Origin: Amoeboaphelidium protococcarum X5
Lineage: Eukaryota > Fungi > Aphelidiomycota
Direction: 5' to 3'
Length of the DNA: 64,000 bases
NCBI GenBank assembly: GCA_023515725.1
Contig: JALDTO010000098.1
Coordinates: 770,164 to 834,163 of the forward strand
In this document: in pieces, positions 11,332 through 27,162 of the stretch
How the letters are laid out: each line of letters opens with the position of its first letter
Numbering within the stretch: position 1 is the stretch's first letter
Notes under the pieces: generated by a model
The model's input: only the letters and a program-made list of their open reading frames with translations
What the model was told of the DNA's origin: nothing
Databases searched by the model: none
Program-made: the position numbers and the translations under genes

Positions 11332-13935
11332 TCATCCGCTAAAGTTACTCATTTTACCACGTCTAGAGGCAAATTTAGAGAGCACCATGTTAAAATCTTC
11401 TGTTCTGGCGGGTTTGGAGCAGTAGTCATTCATTCCAGCCTAGAGATACTCCTCTCGGTCTCCACTCATACAATTAGCCGTGAATGCTACAATATAGGTA
11501 TCCATCATCTTCTGGCGAATTCTACGAACCACCTCCACTCCATCAATATCGGGCAGTGTGATGTCAAGAAATACCAGATCATATTTCTACTCCAAAATAG
11601 CTTTGACCGCGGCCTCACCGCTGGTAACTTTATCAGCCACGCAGCCCATACGTTCAAGAATCTTTAATGCCACCTTCATATTGACAGGATTATCTTCCAC
11701 CACCAGAATTCTGAGAAATTCAATCTTCTATCGTCCCACCAAAGAAACGTCAGACACAGATCGATTGGATCCACTTTCGCCCAACTCAACGGGCAGCGTG
11801 AAGAAGAACTTTGAGCCATGGCCAACTTCAGATTAAATCTAAATCTTACCTCCCAAGGCTTCCACAAATTTCTGAGATATCGCAAGACCCAGTCCGGCAC
11901 CATGCTAAAACTTGGCCGGAAGTAGTTCGCTCTCACTCCGCTGCATCATAATCTAGGAGAATGGTTAAAACAGTTTCTATTAATCTTCCAATGATATACC
12001 ACAGCCAGTATCAGATACTTCCACAGTCAGATATGCTTCTAAATCCTAATCCTTCGCTTCATCCAACGTAACTTTGACGCGAACAGCGCCGGTACTAGTA
12101 AATTTTATTGCATTAGACAGAAGATTAACCACCACCTGTCTTAACCGCGACTCATCTGTTACCACAAACACTTTATTGTTATTACCCACTTTATCAGAGT
12201 TATTGAAGCTAACATCACTAGCACCAACGTCGACTTTAGTTATATTACTCTTACTACAAGCACAGTTCTCATCGCCCGATGACACGGCGCCGTCACTATC
12301 ACTATCAACAGATGCGGTACCTCTATCATTACAGAACTTTTAATCTTGAGGAAGGTTATTGACAAACTCTAAACTCAGAACAATTCCTTTCTAATTGACA
12401 ATAGATTTAAACATCCATACAACAGACTAAAAGGTCTGCTGCACATTAAAGCACGACTCTCGTAGTGTAAGTGAGCCGTAGTTGTCGAATTAAGATTCAA
12501 TCTTTGAGAGTTCAAGCACATCATTAATCAACTACACCAGATAGCCACCACATTCAACAATAGTATCAAAACACTCTTTCTAGGCTTCGGACACGCCTGA
12601 TTAAGCTAAAAGATCCAGATTACCAATTATACCATTCAAAGGCGTTCTGATTTCATGAGATACAGAAGCAAAGAAGAGTGATCTTGCTTTATTAGAAGAC
12701 TCGGCCTGCTCAAGAGCCCGCTGTAGATGTCTATTCTTCTCCTCCAATTGTTCCTCATAAGCTGCAATATCCGATATATCCAAAACTATACCAAGATAAT
12801 GACCATTAGCAATAGGCTTCAATAAAGACTTTGACAGAACTGGAATTACTTTTCCACTTTTAGTACGCATCTGAACTCGTCGCTTGAATATCTTGCCTTG
12901 CTGAATATTCTCTTTAAACAACTCTCGAGATTCTTCAGCTGAGCCATCCTACGGGTAAAGATGAAGATTATATCCATCACCCAAAAGTTCATCGATAGAA
13001 TACTCGGTCATCTGCTCCAATCTCTTGTTGGCAAAGTGTAGCCGCTTCTCGCCGTCAACTTCATACACAGCAACTGGTAAATTGTCCAGGATATCACGCA
13101 AGTTCAATTCACTTTTTCGAATGGCTGCCCTCATATTCTCCATTGACGTGATATCAAATACAAGACCAGTGGCATGGGTACGCTGACCTTCAGCATCAAA
13201 GAAATATCGTCCCTGCGACATGTAATGAAGAATAGCACCCGAGGCAGTGATAACTCTGTACTTATATGAATAATACTCTGCGCCTGAATCTTCATTAGAG
13301 TGAGCTTCTTGCTTCATCCGGTCCATATCTTCAGGATGAATAGAGTCTTCAATCAAATTATCCAGTCCAGGAAACTTATACTCCCCAAACTACGGATACC
13401 CGCGGATTCGAGCACAGGTGTGATTGATCCACAATATGTCATTGACAATATCTCGCTCAGTCATGAGGTTCTATGTGCAGCTAGAGAATCGCTCAAGCCT
13501 CTCCATGGCCACGGTCTCTTGCGATACGTCATTGATACAATACATAAATGCATACCACCCATCAGGAATACCTTCTCGCTTAATATTCGTTTGACTCTAA
13601 GTATCGTTCGCGGACACCACCTACTATATAAATTTAAGAGTAACCTTCAAATACTAAAAGCATTGCCTTATAGTGACGTTGTATTCCATGGTTCGGCATG
13701 ACGAATCATCATTAATCTACATCATCGACTAGTCTAACATTTCCCGCCATTTCGGTACACCAATAACATTGAGGGAAGTCTGTGCAATGTCTTGGGAAGG
13801 CGGCAAACCACCGGCAAGCAGTGTGTCAGCCTTCTATATCTAATAATGCCCGTCGTATAAAATGTACCCAAGACTGTCCACCAGCGGAAATCGACTCCTC
13901 TCGAATGGCGTCTTGTCAAATTTCGGCATCCGCAT
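11332..13935 (-). CDS. Hybrid sensor histidine kinase (PAS domains-HisKA-HATPase-receiver)
   Basis: H-box [14 protein letters not shown]-box [20 protein letters not shown] segments (IHPEDM..., [13 protein letters not shown]) and receiver [10 protein letters not shown] / LVFLDITLP. Start codon uncertain. Confidence 0.9.
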
Positions 13936-14187
13936 GTTATTAGCAAGCTATTGAGGAATTAGAGAATTTTAATCTTGTGCTGTGTGCATTCGCGAAATGT
14001 ATACAATTTGCCCGCAGATGCTTTATAAGAATATAAAAGAAGTATGCAGAGGTCTGTCGGCCGAATCGCAGTTTATCAGGTAAGACTGTGCGCTGGAGTG
14101 ATGATTATAGTGCCGGCTGGTGGTGATTGTGTTTTACATAAAGGGGTAAACATCGGGAAGATGAATCATCCTCTCGCTCGCGCTCAA

Positions 14188-14205
14188 ACACACACACACA
14201 CACAC
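14188..14205 (+). repeat. (AC)n microsatellite
   Basis: acacacacacacacacac. Confidence 0.9.
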
Positions 14206-14287
14206 GCAGACACACTGAGCTGGAAACGGGTGATGATCGAATACTCTTATCGGTAATTTTTGGTACATTCGATCATGAAAGTGTACA

Positions 14288-14614
14288 TCAAGATTTAGAT
14301 GTTAATTATAGAGTTGGTGAGAAATTGTGTAAATAAGAAGTGTGATCGACATTATTTTTCAACTTTGCCAAGGTCACTTCTTCGCGTCGTGATCTCATGT
14401 GAACAACATCTTGGACAAACAGAGATGAGCTAGATAGTAGTGACGACTCAGCCGATCTATGATGATCTTTACCTCGATCTCTATCTACCGCCTCATCGAC
14501 ATCACAGGTATCACATAGCATCATTTTTGAATCCATAAAATCAATGGGTAATTCAGGAGGTATTAACAACCTTTCATTGCCTTGAAGTAAAATGCACATA
14601 CTCTACAGGCGCAT
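14288..14614 (-). CDS. Hypothetical short ORF (108 aa) upstream of the histidine kinase
   Basis: ATG to TGA open frame only. No homology recognised. Confidence 0.25.
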
Positions 14615-14790
14615 AAGAACAGTTTAACGCAACCTTTTGATCCTTTTTCACAAATAACGCGAAACGGAATGACTACAATACCAGCACTATTATTATTATT
14701 CGATTAGACCGTATCTAATTGCAGTGTCTTTTAGATTAAGAAGAGCGCCAAAATTGGTTCAAATGAAGTGGCCCACGCGATAGGTGATGC

Positions 14791-15606
14791 ATGTCGTACT
14801 TTTTCTGACCCTACGTCCTCGCTGCATTTCAGGCCGGTCTTTCCAACCTTTACTGGATCTGGCGTAAGTGTCGACAAGATGAAGGTGGAGTCTTCACTGT
14901 ATGGCCGAAGGACTTATAACGATTTGAGCAGCAGGAGAGTGACGCGGCCAAGTAGGCAATCTAACAGTTATAGATTCAGCATAAGCAAGACGTGTTGTTG
15001 AAGGATGAAGAGATCAGCACATAAAAACAAGTCATCGACAGATTAAGACTGGAGGTGCGGAAGTTTTCGTAAAAAAATTCAGCTGCAGTAACTAAAAATC
15101 TAGGTGATTTGACTATTCAATCTTCACATTTATCACGCGACGAGGTTATTGAGGATCTGAAAAGTGAATTAAAAAAGTAATTTGACACTCTGAACATTGA
15201 GATTTGTAATTTGAAGAAGAGCAATGAGGATTTGAAGAAGAGTTATGAGAATTTGAAGAAAACGCTTGATTTGTACGTGAAAAGAAGCACGAAATTGGCT
15301 ATTGGATAGCTGATAACTGGTTTCTAAGTGCTTGTTAAGCAGAAACTCGGTGCATAAGATTCTAAAGATACCTGGGATACAGTGTCTTCTTCTTTAACGT
15401 AGACTTAAAAGTCTGATTTGAAGTTGTCAGATACAATACTGAGATTTAGTCAAGTTGGCTCCAAGTCGAAGAAGTTGTCTCTGATTCGTCAGCGACCTGT
15501 TGCAGCGCATATATTTGACGTTGAGGAGATTGCTGAATACGTATGCTAGTAACTAGGCGAATAAAGGGAGGCTCTTTTGGAAATTTTCAAGTATGTCTTT
15601 GATTGA
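14791..15606 (+). pseudogene. Coiled-coil protein ORF interrupted by an early in-frame TGA
   Basis: ATG TCG TAC TTT TTC TGA at 14791-14808, then a 266-codon Met-free open frame with heptad-like LKKSNEDLKKSYENLKK, ending TGA 15604-15606. Confidence 0.45.
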
Positions 15607-16061
15607 GACGCTCAGACAATCTTGTCAGATAGCTCAAATGATTGATTCGTGAACTATGGTACTCTTAAGCACATTGATTAACTGAATTTGCATGTTATTA
15701 AATTTAAAAGAAATAAAATGATTATTTGCGTTTCATTATATTGAATTTACTCATTTATACTTCAAATTCCTTGAGATCTGCAGTAATTGTGGATCACTGC
15801 GCACAGGTGTTGATCCGATTCTGATCAACTTAAAGATTGGATACTATCAAATTCAATAATGTCAATATATTTTTAAGCTAAAGTAAAGTCCTAACAAAAA
15901 ATAAGTGTCGATTGTAAAAGATATAGTAAAGATGAAAAGAGAACACGTAATTCAAATATCAGAAAGTAATAATCTGCGTATTAAATGGTATCATTTTTCA
16001 TAGTCACGGAAGAAGAATTACTTATAGTAGTCAGCCACTCATCAGTTACCACAGATACACT

Positions 16062-16537
16062 TCAGCGTCCCAGCTCTTCAGGTGCAGGAACACCGAGCTC
16101 ATCCAGAGTTGGCTTCAGATCATTCAGATATTCCTTGTAAATCTTCTCGTCGCCAATCTTATCGCGCAAACCTTCCAGAGTGCGAACGGCGAGCACAAAG
16201 CTGTTCATTCTTCTGGCGGCTTTCAATGCCTCAACCAGAACGGATGGTGCTGGTACCAGATCCACACTAAATGCCTGGTTCAATCCGCGCTATAGCTCAA
16301 AGATATCGTCAGCTTCGTTCTTGAAGAATTTAATATAAGTCTCGGTGTACTCCTCATACGTCAGCTCATGATGATCCTCTTATCCATCTCCAGTGACCAT
16401 GGTGCGTTCTACAGAATTATAGTTTTCGTCATAAAATATTATAAATTTATTTAATGAATAAAATTACTTTGCAAAGCAGATAGTCTGGCCAAAGGCACCT
16501 ATCTGGTGACCAGCTTTGAGCGTAATAATGACAGCAT
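16062..16537 (-). CDS. COX6: Cytochrome c oxidase subunit Va (yeast Cox6)
   Basis: DIFELQRGLNQAFSVDLVPAPSVLVEALKAARRMN. Intron 16409-16467. Mitochondrial presequence-like N-terminus. Confidence 0.95.
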
Positions 16538-16814
16538 TTGTTTGCTTTTTTGTTGTAAATAGATCAGTGTTGAGTAGAAAAGTTTCTCTTGGTCAGAGCG
16601 ATCGCGTTCAGGAAGCAAACGGCGAACTCTTTAGATTCGTTTGCCTTTCGAGGCTGTATACTAAGAGTTGATGCGCTGAAGAAAATATAGAAGATGAATC
16701 GCGATAGACCACTGCTTGGATAATAAGCAGAGAGTAGATTGATAGATAATATCTTTTCAGCTCATTTTTATCATTAATCTCTGCCAGTCTTATCACGCAA
16801 TAACTCACTTTTAA

Positions 16815-19739
16815 TCACTCAGTGTACTCAAACGGTGCGGGAGGCTCTGGTTCTACGCCACTGGGAACTGAGCCATCAGCGGTGGTGGACATTGTCGGTG
16901 TGGAATACTCGATATACTCCACAGGCTCATCCGGCTTAACATTCTTCAATAGAACCACACCAAACGTCTTGCTCTTCTTCACAGGCTGGAAACGAGATCC
17001 ACTGACAAATTGAATGTGAGCAGCCTGATTAGGAGTTACTCTCGTCAAATTGGCAATCATGAACTACTTCTCCTCAGCAGTCTTTTTCTTTTCTGCATCA
17101 ACTCCGGCAGCTGGTTTATCACCAGAAGTGACGGATTCTTCAACATTCATGCCATCCGCCTTAGATTGTTCTTCACGATCAGACGCCGGGCTCACGATAA
17201 CCATATCATCAGACGTGTCATTCTACTGCTTCTACTTATCAGCAGCCTTATGCTTAGCGCGAGCGTTGGACTTGGCAGTAGTGGACAGGACAGCTGCGGC
17301 CACCTTCTCAACTTTCTCCTTAGACTCTTCTTTCAGTGGCTCGGCATACTAAAATTGGGATGGAACAGTGTTGCACATCACAAAATCCTTTTCAAACTTG
17401 ACAATCTTTAATGTCTAATCAATACCAATAAATGCAGTAGGCTCCAACGCCAAAGACAATCCCAAAGTCAGTGGAAACCACCACCAGAACTAGATAAACA
17501 TGGTGAGACCGACAAACTTCTGAACAGATACAGAAGTGTCACTAAAAGATGCTCCACCATGAGCGCCCGCAATTCCACCGCTAGACAATAAGGACAATGA
17601 CACATTTCTACCACCGGCATTCATAATACCAACAGCCAAAGTGGCACCAAAACGAGCAAGCAGATTTTCGTGCTTTGCAAACAACACATCATCAATGTGC
17701 TTCTTGGCTGCAGCAAAACGAGGATTACTCTCATTCTGCTCAATCATCACCATACCGATGGCGATTAAAGCACCTTGACGGACATAGTCAACACTATCCT
17801 TAACCAGAACATTCAACATATCCATCGCCTCAGCAGAACCACTACCCGCGCAGGTGATACCAATAGCCAGAGCTACACCATAACGAACATCTGGGTTGTA
17901 GCTGTCACTAATCAGCTCAACTACACGAAGCAATTGCTTAGGCTGACGAGCCAACACAAATCCAAGAGCGATAACAGAAACTCTTCTAACATCGTCACTA
18001 ACATCAGTAGCCGCAATATGAAGCAACTTCTTCAAAGCAACATTGGAACCGGTGGCACAATAAGCAGACATCAAACAATGAACGCCACCATATCTGATAC
18101 AGGCCTCGTTATCAGCAAGCATGGATCCAATCAACTTGTCAGCAGCAGATCCACGGCCAAACTAGATCATACCAATGCCGACAGTTAAAGCACGGATTAT
18201 CTTATCATGCTTATTCACTCTGGCATATTAGAGCAATTCCTCACACAAAGCATCATTGTGGGCGCCAGCATTAACCATACCGATAGCCAATGACGCAGCC
18301 TCTCCGCTGACAGCCGCATCTCCATACAAAATGTTCTTCAGAGCTTCACCAAGCTGTTCATCTTTAGTAGCCAGAGCACATGCGCCCATACCGAGACAAG
18401 CTCCATTCTACACTACAGGATTAGCGTGGCGCATGCCAGCCTTCAAAGTATCTACAATTTCCACTTGACTCTGATCACCAACATGGATCAAACCGAGAGC
18501 ATAATACGCACCACCTTCACTGAACACAGAGCTACTTACACTTCCACCTTCCTTAGGCAGGTAAGGACTTAAGATCTGCAAACTGTTTCTTCTATTGCCA
18601 AAGTGAACGACACCCAGAGACGCACAAGCACTATACTTGGTCCAGTTGCTAGCTCTTGCTAACCATTCCATGTTATCTCTCAGGAAAGTATCCGACGTAG
18701 TACCAAAAGAACATAAAGCATGTGCAAAAGAGACTGCAGAGTGATTAGCACTATTGCGAGAGTCCAATTGATTCTTCACCTTCTTCAACAGCAACAGATC
18801 GGTGTGATTATTTCTGAACATAAACTCCAAGTTCATGGATACACTCAGTTCTCCGCTGAAAATACTGATCAACTTCTTTGCAATGTCGCTTTGCCCAGTC
18901 AACTATTTCAATTGTGCAATTGCAGCACCAACAAAAGGCTTGGGAGCAATAGCATAAATGTCAAACGCCACTTGGTATCCCAACAGCTGATCATCAACAG
19001 ACTTGGATGCAACTTTATCACAGATGGCCTTCACCAAAGACTAAGAATCATTCAACACTAACCAGCATTGCGCCAACGTGTCAAAATCAACCTGCTTCAC
19101 AAGCAAAGACACAAACTCAGATCTCTTCTTCTCAGAGTTCAAAGTTCCACACAGCTACAACAAGTACTAAACTTCACCACCTGCAGCTCCAGGGGCCTTA
19201 GACGAAAGAACACCACTGACACATTGAGCGACAACATCCATACGATTGCACTCCAGAGCGATACCGATGCACTCTTTCCACTCCTTGTTGGCAATACAAT
19301 TCTTGAACACCATGTTGACCACCTGTTCAAACTTCTTCTAACCAGCAATGTACAGCTCAATACTCTTCTAAACCACAAAGTCATTATACAAAGAGTTTGA
19401 CAGCACTTGAGCATCACTACTCCCATTTCTGGCATTAAGATTCAGCTAACCACCAGCATTCACATACTTCAGAGCATAGTCAACAGCTAGATTATACTCG
19501 GTCAAGTGAAAGTACAGCTTACTCAACAGCAGGCAAAGATTCTGTAAATCCCCACCCTTACCACCAGCCTTCTTGTCAGTAACTTGAGCACGGTCCAGCT
19601 GTTCCTGCAGTCCCTCCAGTGTGGTCAACTGCTCAGAAATCTCCATCCAGTTGAAGTCCACCACAGAGAGAAGCAGTTGTACAGAATAACTGACCAACTC
19701 TTGCTCCTAGAGCATACTCAAAATTCCTGCTGCACTCAT
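16815..19739 (-). CDS. RPN2: 26S proteasome regulatory subunit Rpn2/PSMD1
   Basis: MSAAGILSML, FLRDNMEWLARASNWTKYSACASLG, DVSDDVRR, C-terminal PEPPAPFEY. Continuous frame with TAR=Gln. Confidence 0.97.
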
Positions 19740-20067
19740 TGTTAAATTAAAGGTTTGGTATTACGTACGTAAAGTTAATTAATGCTATCACTGTTATGTG
19801 ATAAAACTCTCTAATAGTTGAGAGAAGAGAAAGCTGAAGGAAGAAGCGACACGAGTCGAGCGGCAAGGAACGAGCAATGCGAAACGAACGTTGCCGACTC
19901 AACAAGAAGAGCTACTGCCAGGTTCGATCGTCACAGCTCCAACTAAATTGGTTTCAGATTTATTCCAGGAAGAGTGACGAACGTTTTTGTGATTCCACCT
20001 GCTTCCTAACAGTCAATTTTACACGAGAAAATTAGGTGGCGGCACTTACAAATAGGAATATATTCTC

Positions 20068-20607
20068 TCATTAGATACATTTCTCGCGTAATACATCACG
20101 CAATGATTGAAACATGATGATAATGATGACCAATGTTGAAGGAATCATCAGGAAATATCGTATTTATATCTAACCATACAGAAGACACGTAATTAAATCA
20201 GCAGAGTACACGGATATAACAAATTTTATCATTTTCCATGATAGTGTGCTTTGTGTTCGGAAATCACGCACCTTCTCATACACCTTGTTATACACGTCAA
20301 TGAGATTTAGCATGCGTTCTATTCTGTCCAAAGTATCCCAATACTACTGCTCATATGATGGATAGTCACTGTTTTGATCATTTTACTGGGAGGCGCCATC
20401 ATTTGTCTCCTTACTCAAAAGATGATAGACCAACACAACGACGAGAGTGAAACAAATCTTTCGGCTCAGAGTTGCTAACAGTATCAGGATTACTGGAATC
20501 AGGAGTGATATTCCAAACCTCTAGACGCGTATAGTTTTGATCACTTCATATGCGACCTACACACTAGATGCCGAGTACACCAGAAACTTGATTAATTGAC
20601 TTATCAT
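20068..20607 (-). CDS. Hypothetical multi-pass membrane protein, 179 aa
   Basis: ATG 20607 to TGA 20068, open with TAR=Gln. Several hydrophobic stretches. Confidence 0.55.
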
Positions 20608-20731
20608 TGTTATGATTTTTACTGCAAAATAGTTGCGACAACTAATCGCGTCCGATCGTTCTTAAGCTTTACTACTGATATAAGCTTTGAAAGCTGTCAC
20701 CTATAGATCTGTCTATACTAAGTATTAAGGA

Positions 20732-21580
20732 ATGTAACAAAGATTAAGAATAATTCTGCTTTGCGTAACAGCTGCTATTTGGATTGTATGCCTAAGTTAC
20801 ATATACACTAGAATAAATCGACCATCGATCAACGTCAGCAAACAGCGGTCGTTCAGTTTAAATGATCGAGGCCCTTCTTAGTCAAAGCAGACATTCTCGC
20901 ACCTTATTCTTGTGCCGTGCCACTTAATCTATTTGATGCAGGGATCTTATCATGATGTTGATTCCTATAGAATGCATGACAAGACGCAATTCTCTACATT
21001 GAAGAGGCATATCTAGGCGGGTGTGGACATGCTGAAACAAGACCGTGATGCTTTGCTAGTATTTAGTGGATCTTACACTCAGCCTGGTGTTTGCATAAGC
21101 GAGGCGTCATCATACTACTACCTAATGCTGGCCATCTATCCTGATCTGGAATAAGGTGTTAGAGATCGTATACTGCTGGAAGATTACTCTCGTGATTCGT
21201 ATGAGAACTTGTTATACTCATACTGCAAGTTCCAGATCCATAATTATCATAATACACCACCATCAAGAGTCACAGTCGTCGGGTTTGAGTTTAAACGGAA
21301 GAGATTCACTGATCTGCATAGAATGGCACTGGAAATCACCGAGAAGCAGTTTACTTACGTTGGCATTGATCCAATGGAAAACTTCAATTCATCAGAGGTG
21401 GCTCGAGGTGAATACGAGAATGCCTATAAGCACTTTAAATAAAATTTATACGGCTGCACTAGAGAACTTATTGCGAAGAGAATGTCAAGAGATCCATACA
21501 GGAGATCACTTGAGGCTATTCCACTGTTCACCAACGCGTGTCCTCTTATGCAGCGCCAAATAACCGCATGCATTTAATGA
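20732..21580 (+). CDS. YOR238W-like (DUF218-related) protein with N-terminal TM
   Basis: HLILVPCH, LLVFSGSYT, SEASSY, EDYSRDSYENLLYS, VTVVGFEFKRKRFTDLH. Confidence 0.8.
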
Positions 21581-21654
21581 AAGTTTGATTTTATCATAAA
21601 TAAAGATTATACATGTAAAAGTCAAATTTAATTAAATTCATAATGAGCAAATGA

Positions 21655-22803
21655 TCATCTTTTAATTTGGGAATAATTCAAAAGGTGATTCTGAAGAGCA
21701 TCGATAACAGCAGTGGCATTCTCAGCAATGATATTGTGACCAGCAGAATCTATTGATACGAGCTTTGATCGAGGGATAATCTTTTTAATGTCCTCATGCA
21801 AATGATATGGAACCACATTATCCTCAGTCCCCCAAATCATAGTTACTGGCAAGTGTCTATGAGTCTCATCACTAATCACACTGAGTCGTTCCAGTATCTT
21901 TTGCTTATTACAGATCGAAAAGTGTCTGGTAGTACTAAGAAACGATCTCTTATACGAGGGATGATACTGAGTCTACAATTTGATTAATTCATAAAAGTAT
22001 GACACGTCTTCTTGCAGAGTAGAGTTATCTGATAGAAAGTTATGATTCTAAGAACACAGATAATCCAGATCTAATTCCGGCTTCACCTTGAAATTGGCAT
22101 ATGAGCCTTTGACCATAACGCGTGAACCCAGAGAATACCTAATAGCCTCACCCAAAAGTGGAACTCGTACCAACTTACCAGGCAGCGGTAATTCATCCAA
22201 CAGACCAGCAGGAGCAAGGAGAACAAGACTCTAAATCATCTGATGGAAATATGACGTGAACTAAATAGCAATACTTCCACCTAAGCTGAAGCCAATTAAA
22301 TGGAATTTCTAAACACCAGCATGCAATAAGATCATTGACAATTACGATATATAGAGAGCATCATCATGGTCCACGTGAGGTCCATCTGAATAGCCTCTTC
22401 CATAAAGATCATACAGGAGAATGCGGTAATTACGCGACAGCTTTGATGCCAGCCGTTTAAATCCAGGAGATGGAAAGCTTATGCCATGTATAAAGACTAA
22501 CGTCTCTGCATCAGCTCTGTCACTGCCAAAGTAGTAATAACGCGTACTGCCAAGAGGGAGAATCAGATCAGTGGCATTGGGATAGAAATCAGAAGGATAC
22601 AACTTACTCAAAGCCAATTTTACATTGCCATCTATATCATACTCCTACTGCTCTTATTATTATAATGAACTCTGAGATTATTTATCACCTGAATTTACTA
22701 AAGCATTGAATGATGGAAGCACAGAGTGTCGCCATTCATACTACTTGTACACGACTATAGAAAGTAACACTGTCAAAATCTACCAAAATACTTGAGTAAA
22801 CAT
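21655..22803 (-). CDS. Alpha/beta hydrolase
   Basis: LVFIHGIS, YDLYGRGYSDGP, nucleophile elbow GFSLGG, IWGTEDNVVP, AGHN. Confidence 0.9.
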
Positions 22804-24035
22804 TTCCACCAATTCTAATTTAAATTTAAAGAAAATGATGTGAGGTAAATACTTTTCTATTAATTTCTTGCAAGGCTTTATTGAATGAACCAAGACAATC
22901 GATTGTTCAGGAGATGATTACTAAACGCGTAAAAAGATCAAAGTCTCCTTATAATACAGTAGATTTAAGACCAAATGTGAAAAATCTCTATAATCTCTAG
23001 ATTTACAGAATTATGACTATAATTAAATCATTAATTCATACAGACACTGAATGTGTACGCTTGTCTATACCTATCATTGAGAACGGATCTCAAACACTCC
23101 TTCTTGTCTATCATTGTTTCTATGTACAATACTGTAGATAGATACTATACACTGAACAGCATTTCAATATTACAATTTATCTAAATCAAAACCTTCAAAC
23201 TTGCCATCTCTTGATTTGCAAGCTCTACTGAAAGAATTAGTGTTGGGCAGGCTGGGAAAAAGCCAGCTGGCTTCAACTATAGTATGGCTGGACAAACATT
23301 ACTGTACTCGTGAATATTTCGATGATAGAATCAAACTTCACTACTCATTCTAACTTGTCTTCCTTTGGCTTGACGCAAAATCGTGTGCATACTTATTCTC
23401 ATACTGGTAATTTCACAGGTACCAGCTTACGTCTACTTGGAAAGGCATCATCAGATATAGACGATAAGAAGTCGGCAAACATTTTAGCAATCGACTATAC
23501 GAAATGATAAAGTCTCACCCACGATCAATCTAATCAGCAGGAGCAACCATTCTCTAGTTAACTTCTTTCTCTTACCTACTGTACAAACTTATTCATTACT
23601 GCTGCATCAGGTGCGAATGTCTTTTGATTATTCTGAGCGAATCGCGTCATTAAGTAGGTGATTGATCTTCGGTGTGACTGATCTTCACTTGATACCATGT
23701 GTCCCACGACTTCAATATCTTTTAGCATCTCTTAAGAAAGTGGAACCCGTTTGCTAATTCATGCAATTTAAACTAAGCAAAAAGATATTAGAACGAAGGA
23801 TTTACAAAATTAAATTCCTCTTTCCATCCAACAGGCCAACCAAACGCTCTATCCCCCTCCGGTAACAATTCAATTCAAAACTTCCGTGTCTGCCAAAGAG
23901 AGAGAGAGAGAAAAGAAAATTGTTAAAAGCTCTGCTTATTCATTCACTTTCAGTTGTAAAGCTTCTATCAAATTTATCCGCTATATTCACTTATTTATAT
24001 ACAAAGTATCTCTGTTTAAAGAGAAATACAGAGTA

Positions 24036-26090
<2,055 letters not shown>

Positions 26091-26134
26091 GCAGGGCATG
26101 GAATGAGAAACTAATATCTAATAGAATTATACTT

Positions 26135-27034
26135 TCACTATTTAATCTTGTCTCCTACAATTTTACTAATTTTCGACGTGATATTCTACAATTTCTAGTT
26201 AATGGCCTGTGAGTTGGACGACATTCCATTCGGCATTGGAAGATTAGCAACACAGCGCGTCACTCGCAGAGGCATCCCCACCAGATCGAAACCATTTATT
26301 GCAATCGCCGCGTTAATGGCAGCATCTTCAGCCTCATACTCAACAAACCCATAGTTCATGTGCCGTTTAGAGACTGGATGCGGAGGCAAGGCGACAGATC
26401 GAACTCGACCAAACTCTTCAAATATGGACTGGATGTCCTGCTCAGTAACACCATCATGAATGTTTGAAATGTATATTCGCTACCGAGGCGCTGGACCCAT
26501 ATCCCTCAAAGCCTGCTCCGGATACATCTTGGAACGGCCAACCTTGATCGGACGATTCATTAAACTCAACTAGTCCAAGTTATCAATGGCAAGTATGGCC
26601 GCCTCAGGTACTGTATATTCAATGAATCCATACCCGCGATGCTTCTTGCCCGAGGGATCATACGACATACTAACAGATTTAATATTGCCAAACTGACCAA
26701 AAATCACTCGTAAATGTTGCTCTTGCAATTCCAACGATATATTGCCCACATATATCCTGCAGTATGGTGACAAGTCTATTTACAAATACTGATGCTTCTA
26801 TTGCTATGATGCAGCTGGAGGTGCAGACTTTTACAAAGCAGCTTTATTATCCGATTCCACTATGATATCGAATTTTCTCGAATCTGGACGCGTTAATATA
26901 TCTGTCAATTCCTAGGCAGTCTATCTAGCCTTTCTAATCTTTTACTTTTAAACATCAGTAAGTTGGCCTTAATTCGTCTTTGTGATCTCCAGAACCCAAT
27001 CTTTCACATTAAATTCATTATCCTAATCCGCCAT
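26135..27034 (-). CDS. PUF60: PUF60/half-pint-like splicing factor with two RRMs, 299 aa
   Basis: LTDVQKQKIRKAR, CRIYVGNISLEL...FGNIKSVSMSYDP...HRGYGFIEYTVPEAA, RPIKVGRSK and a second RRM (YGFVEYE...INGFDLVG). Confidence 0.8.
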
Positions 27035-27162
27035 ATTAACAAATTTTATCTCAGTGATTGTCTCCAAGTTGAATATCTTACTGCTAAGAATGGTGATAGA
27101 AACTTAAAGAAGCGCGTGTTGATCGCGTATTTCAAGTTACAAACTATTTTTATCACAAAATA

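Noticed and set aside
11332-13935. Histidine kinase as bacterial contamination or recent HGT
   Set aside because: It uses TAR=Gln throughout and is flanked by intron-containing eukaryotic genes. Hybrid histidine kinases are normal in fungi and protists.
22900-23760. Possible small spliced minus-strand gene (ATG 23728, putative intron about 23495-23575)
   Set aside because: The model is feasible but the product is short with no recognisable homology, so it is left unresolved.
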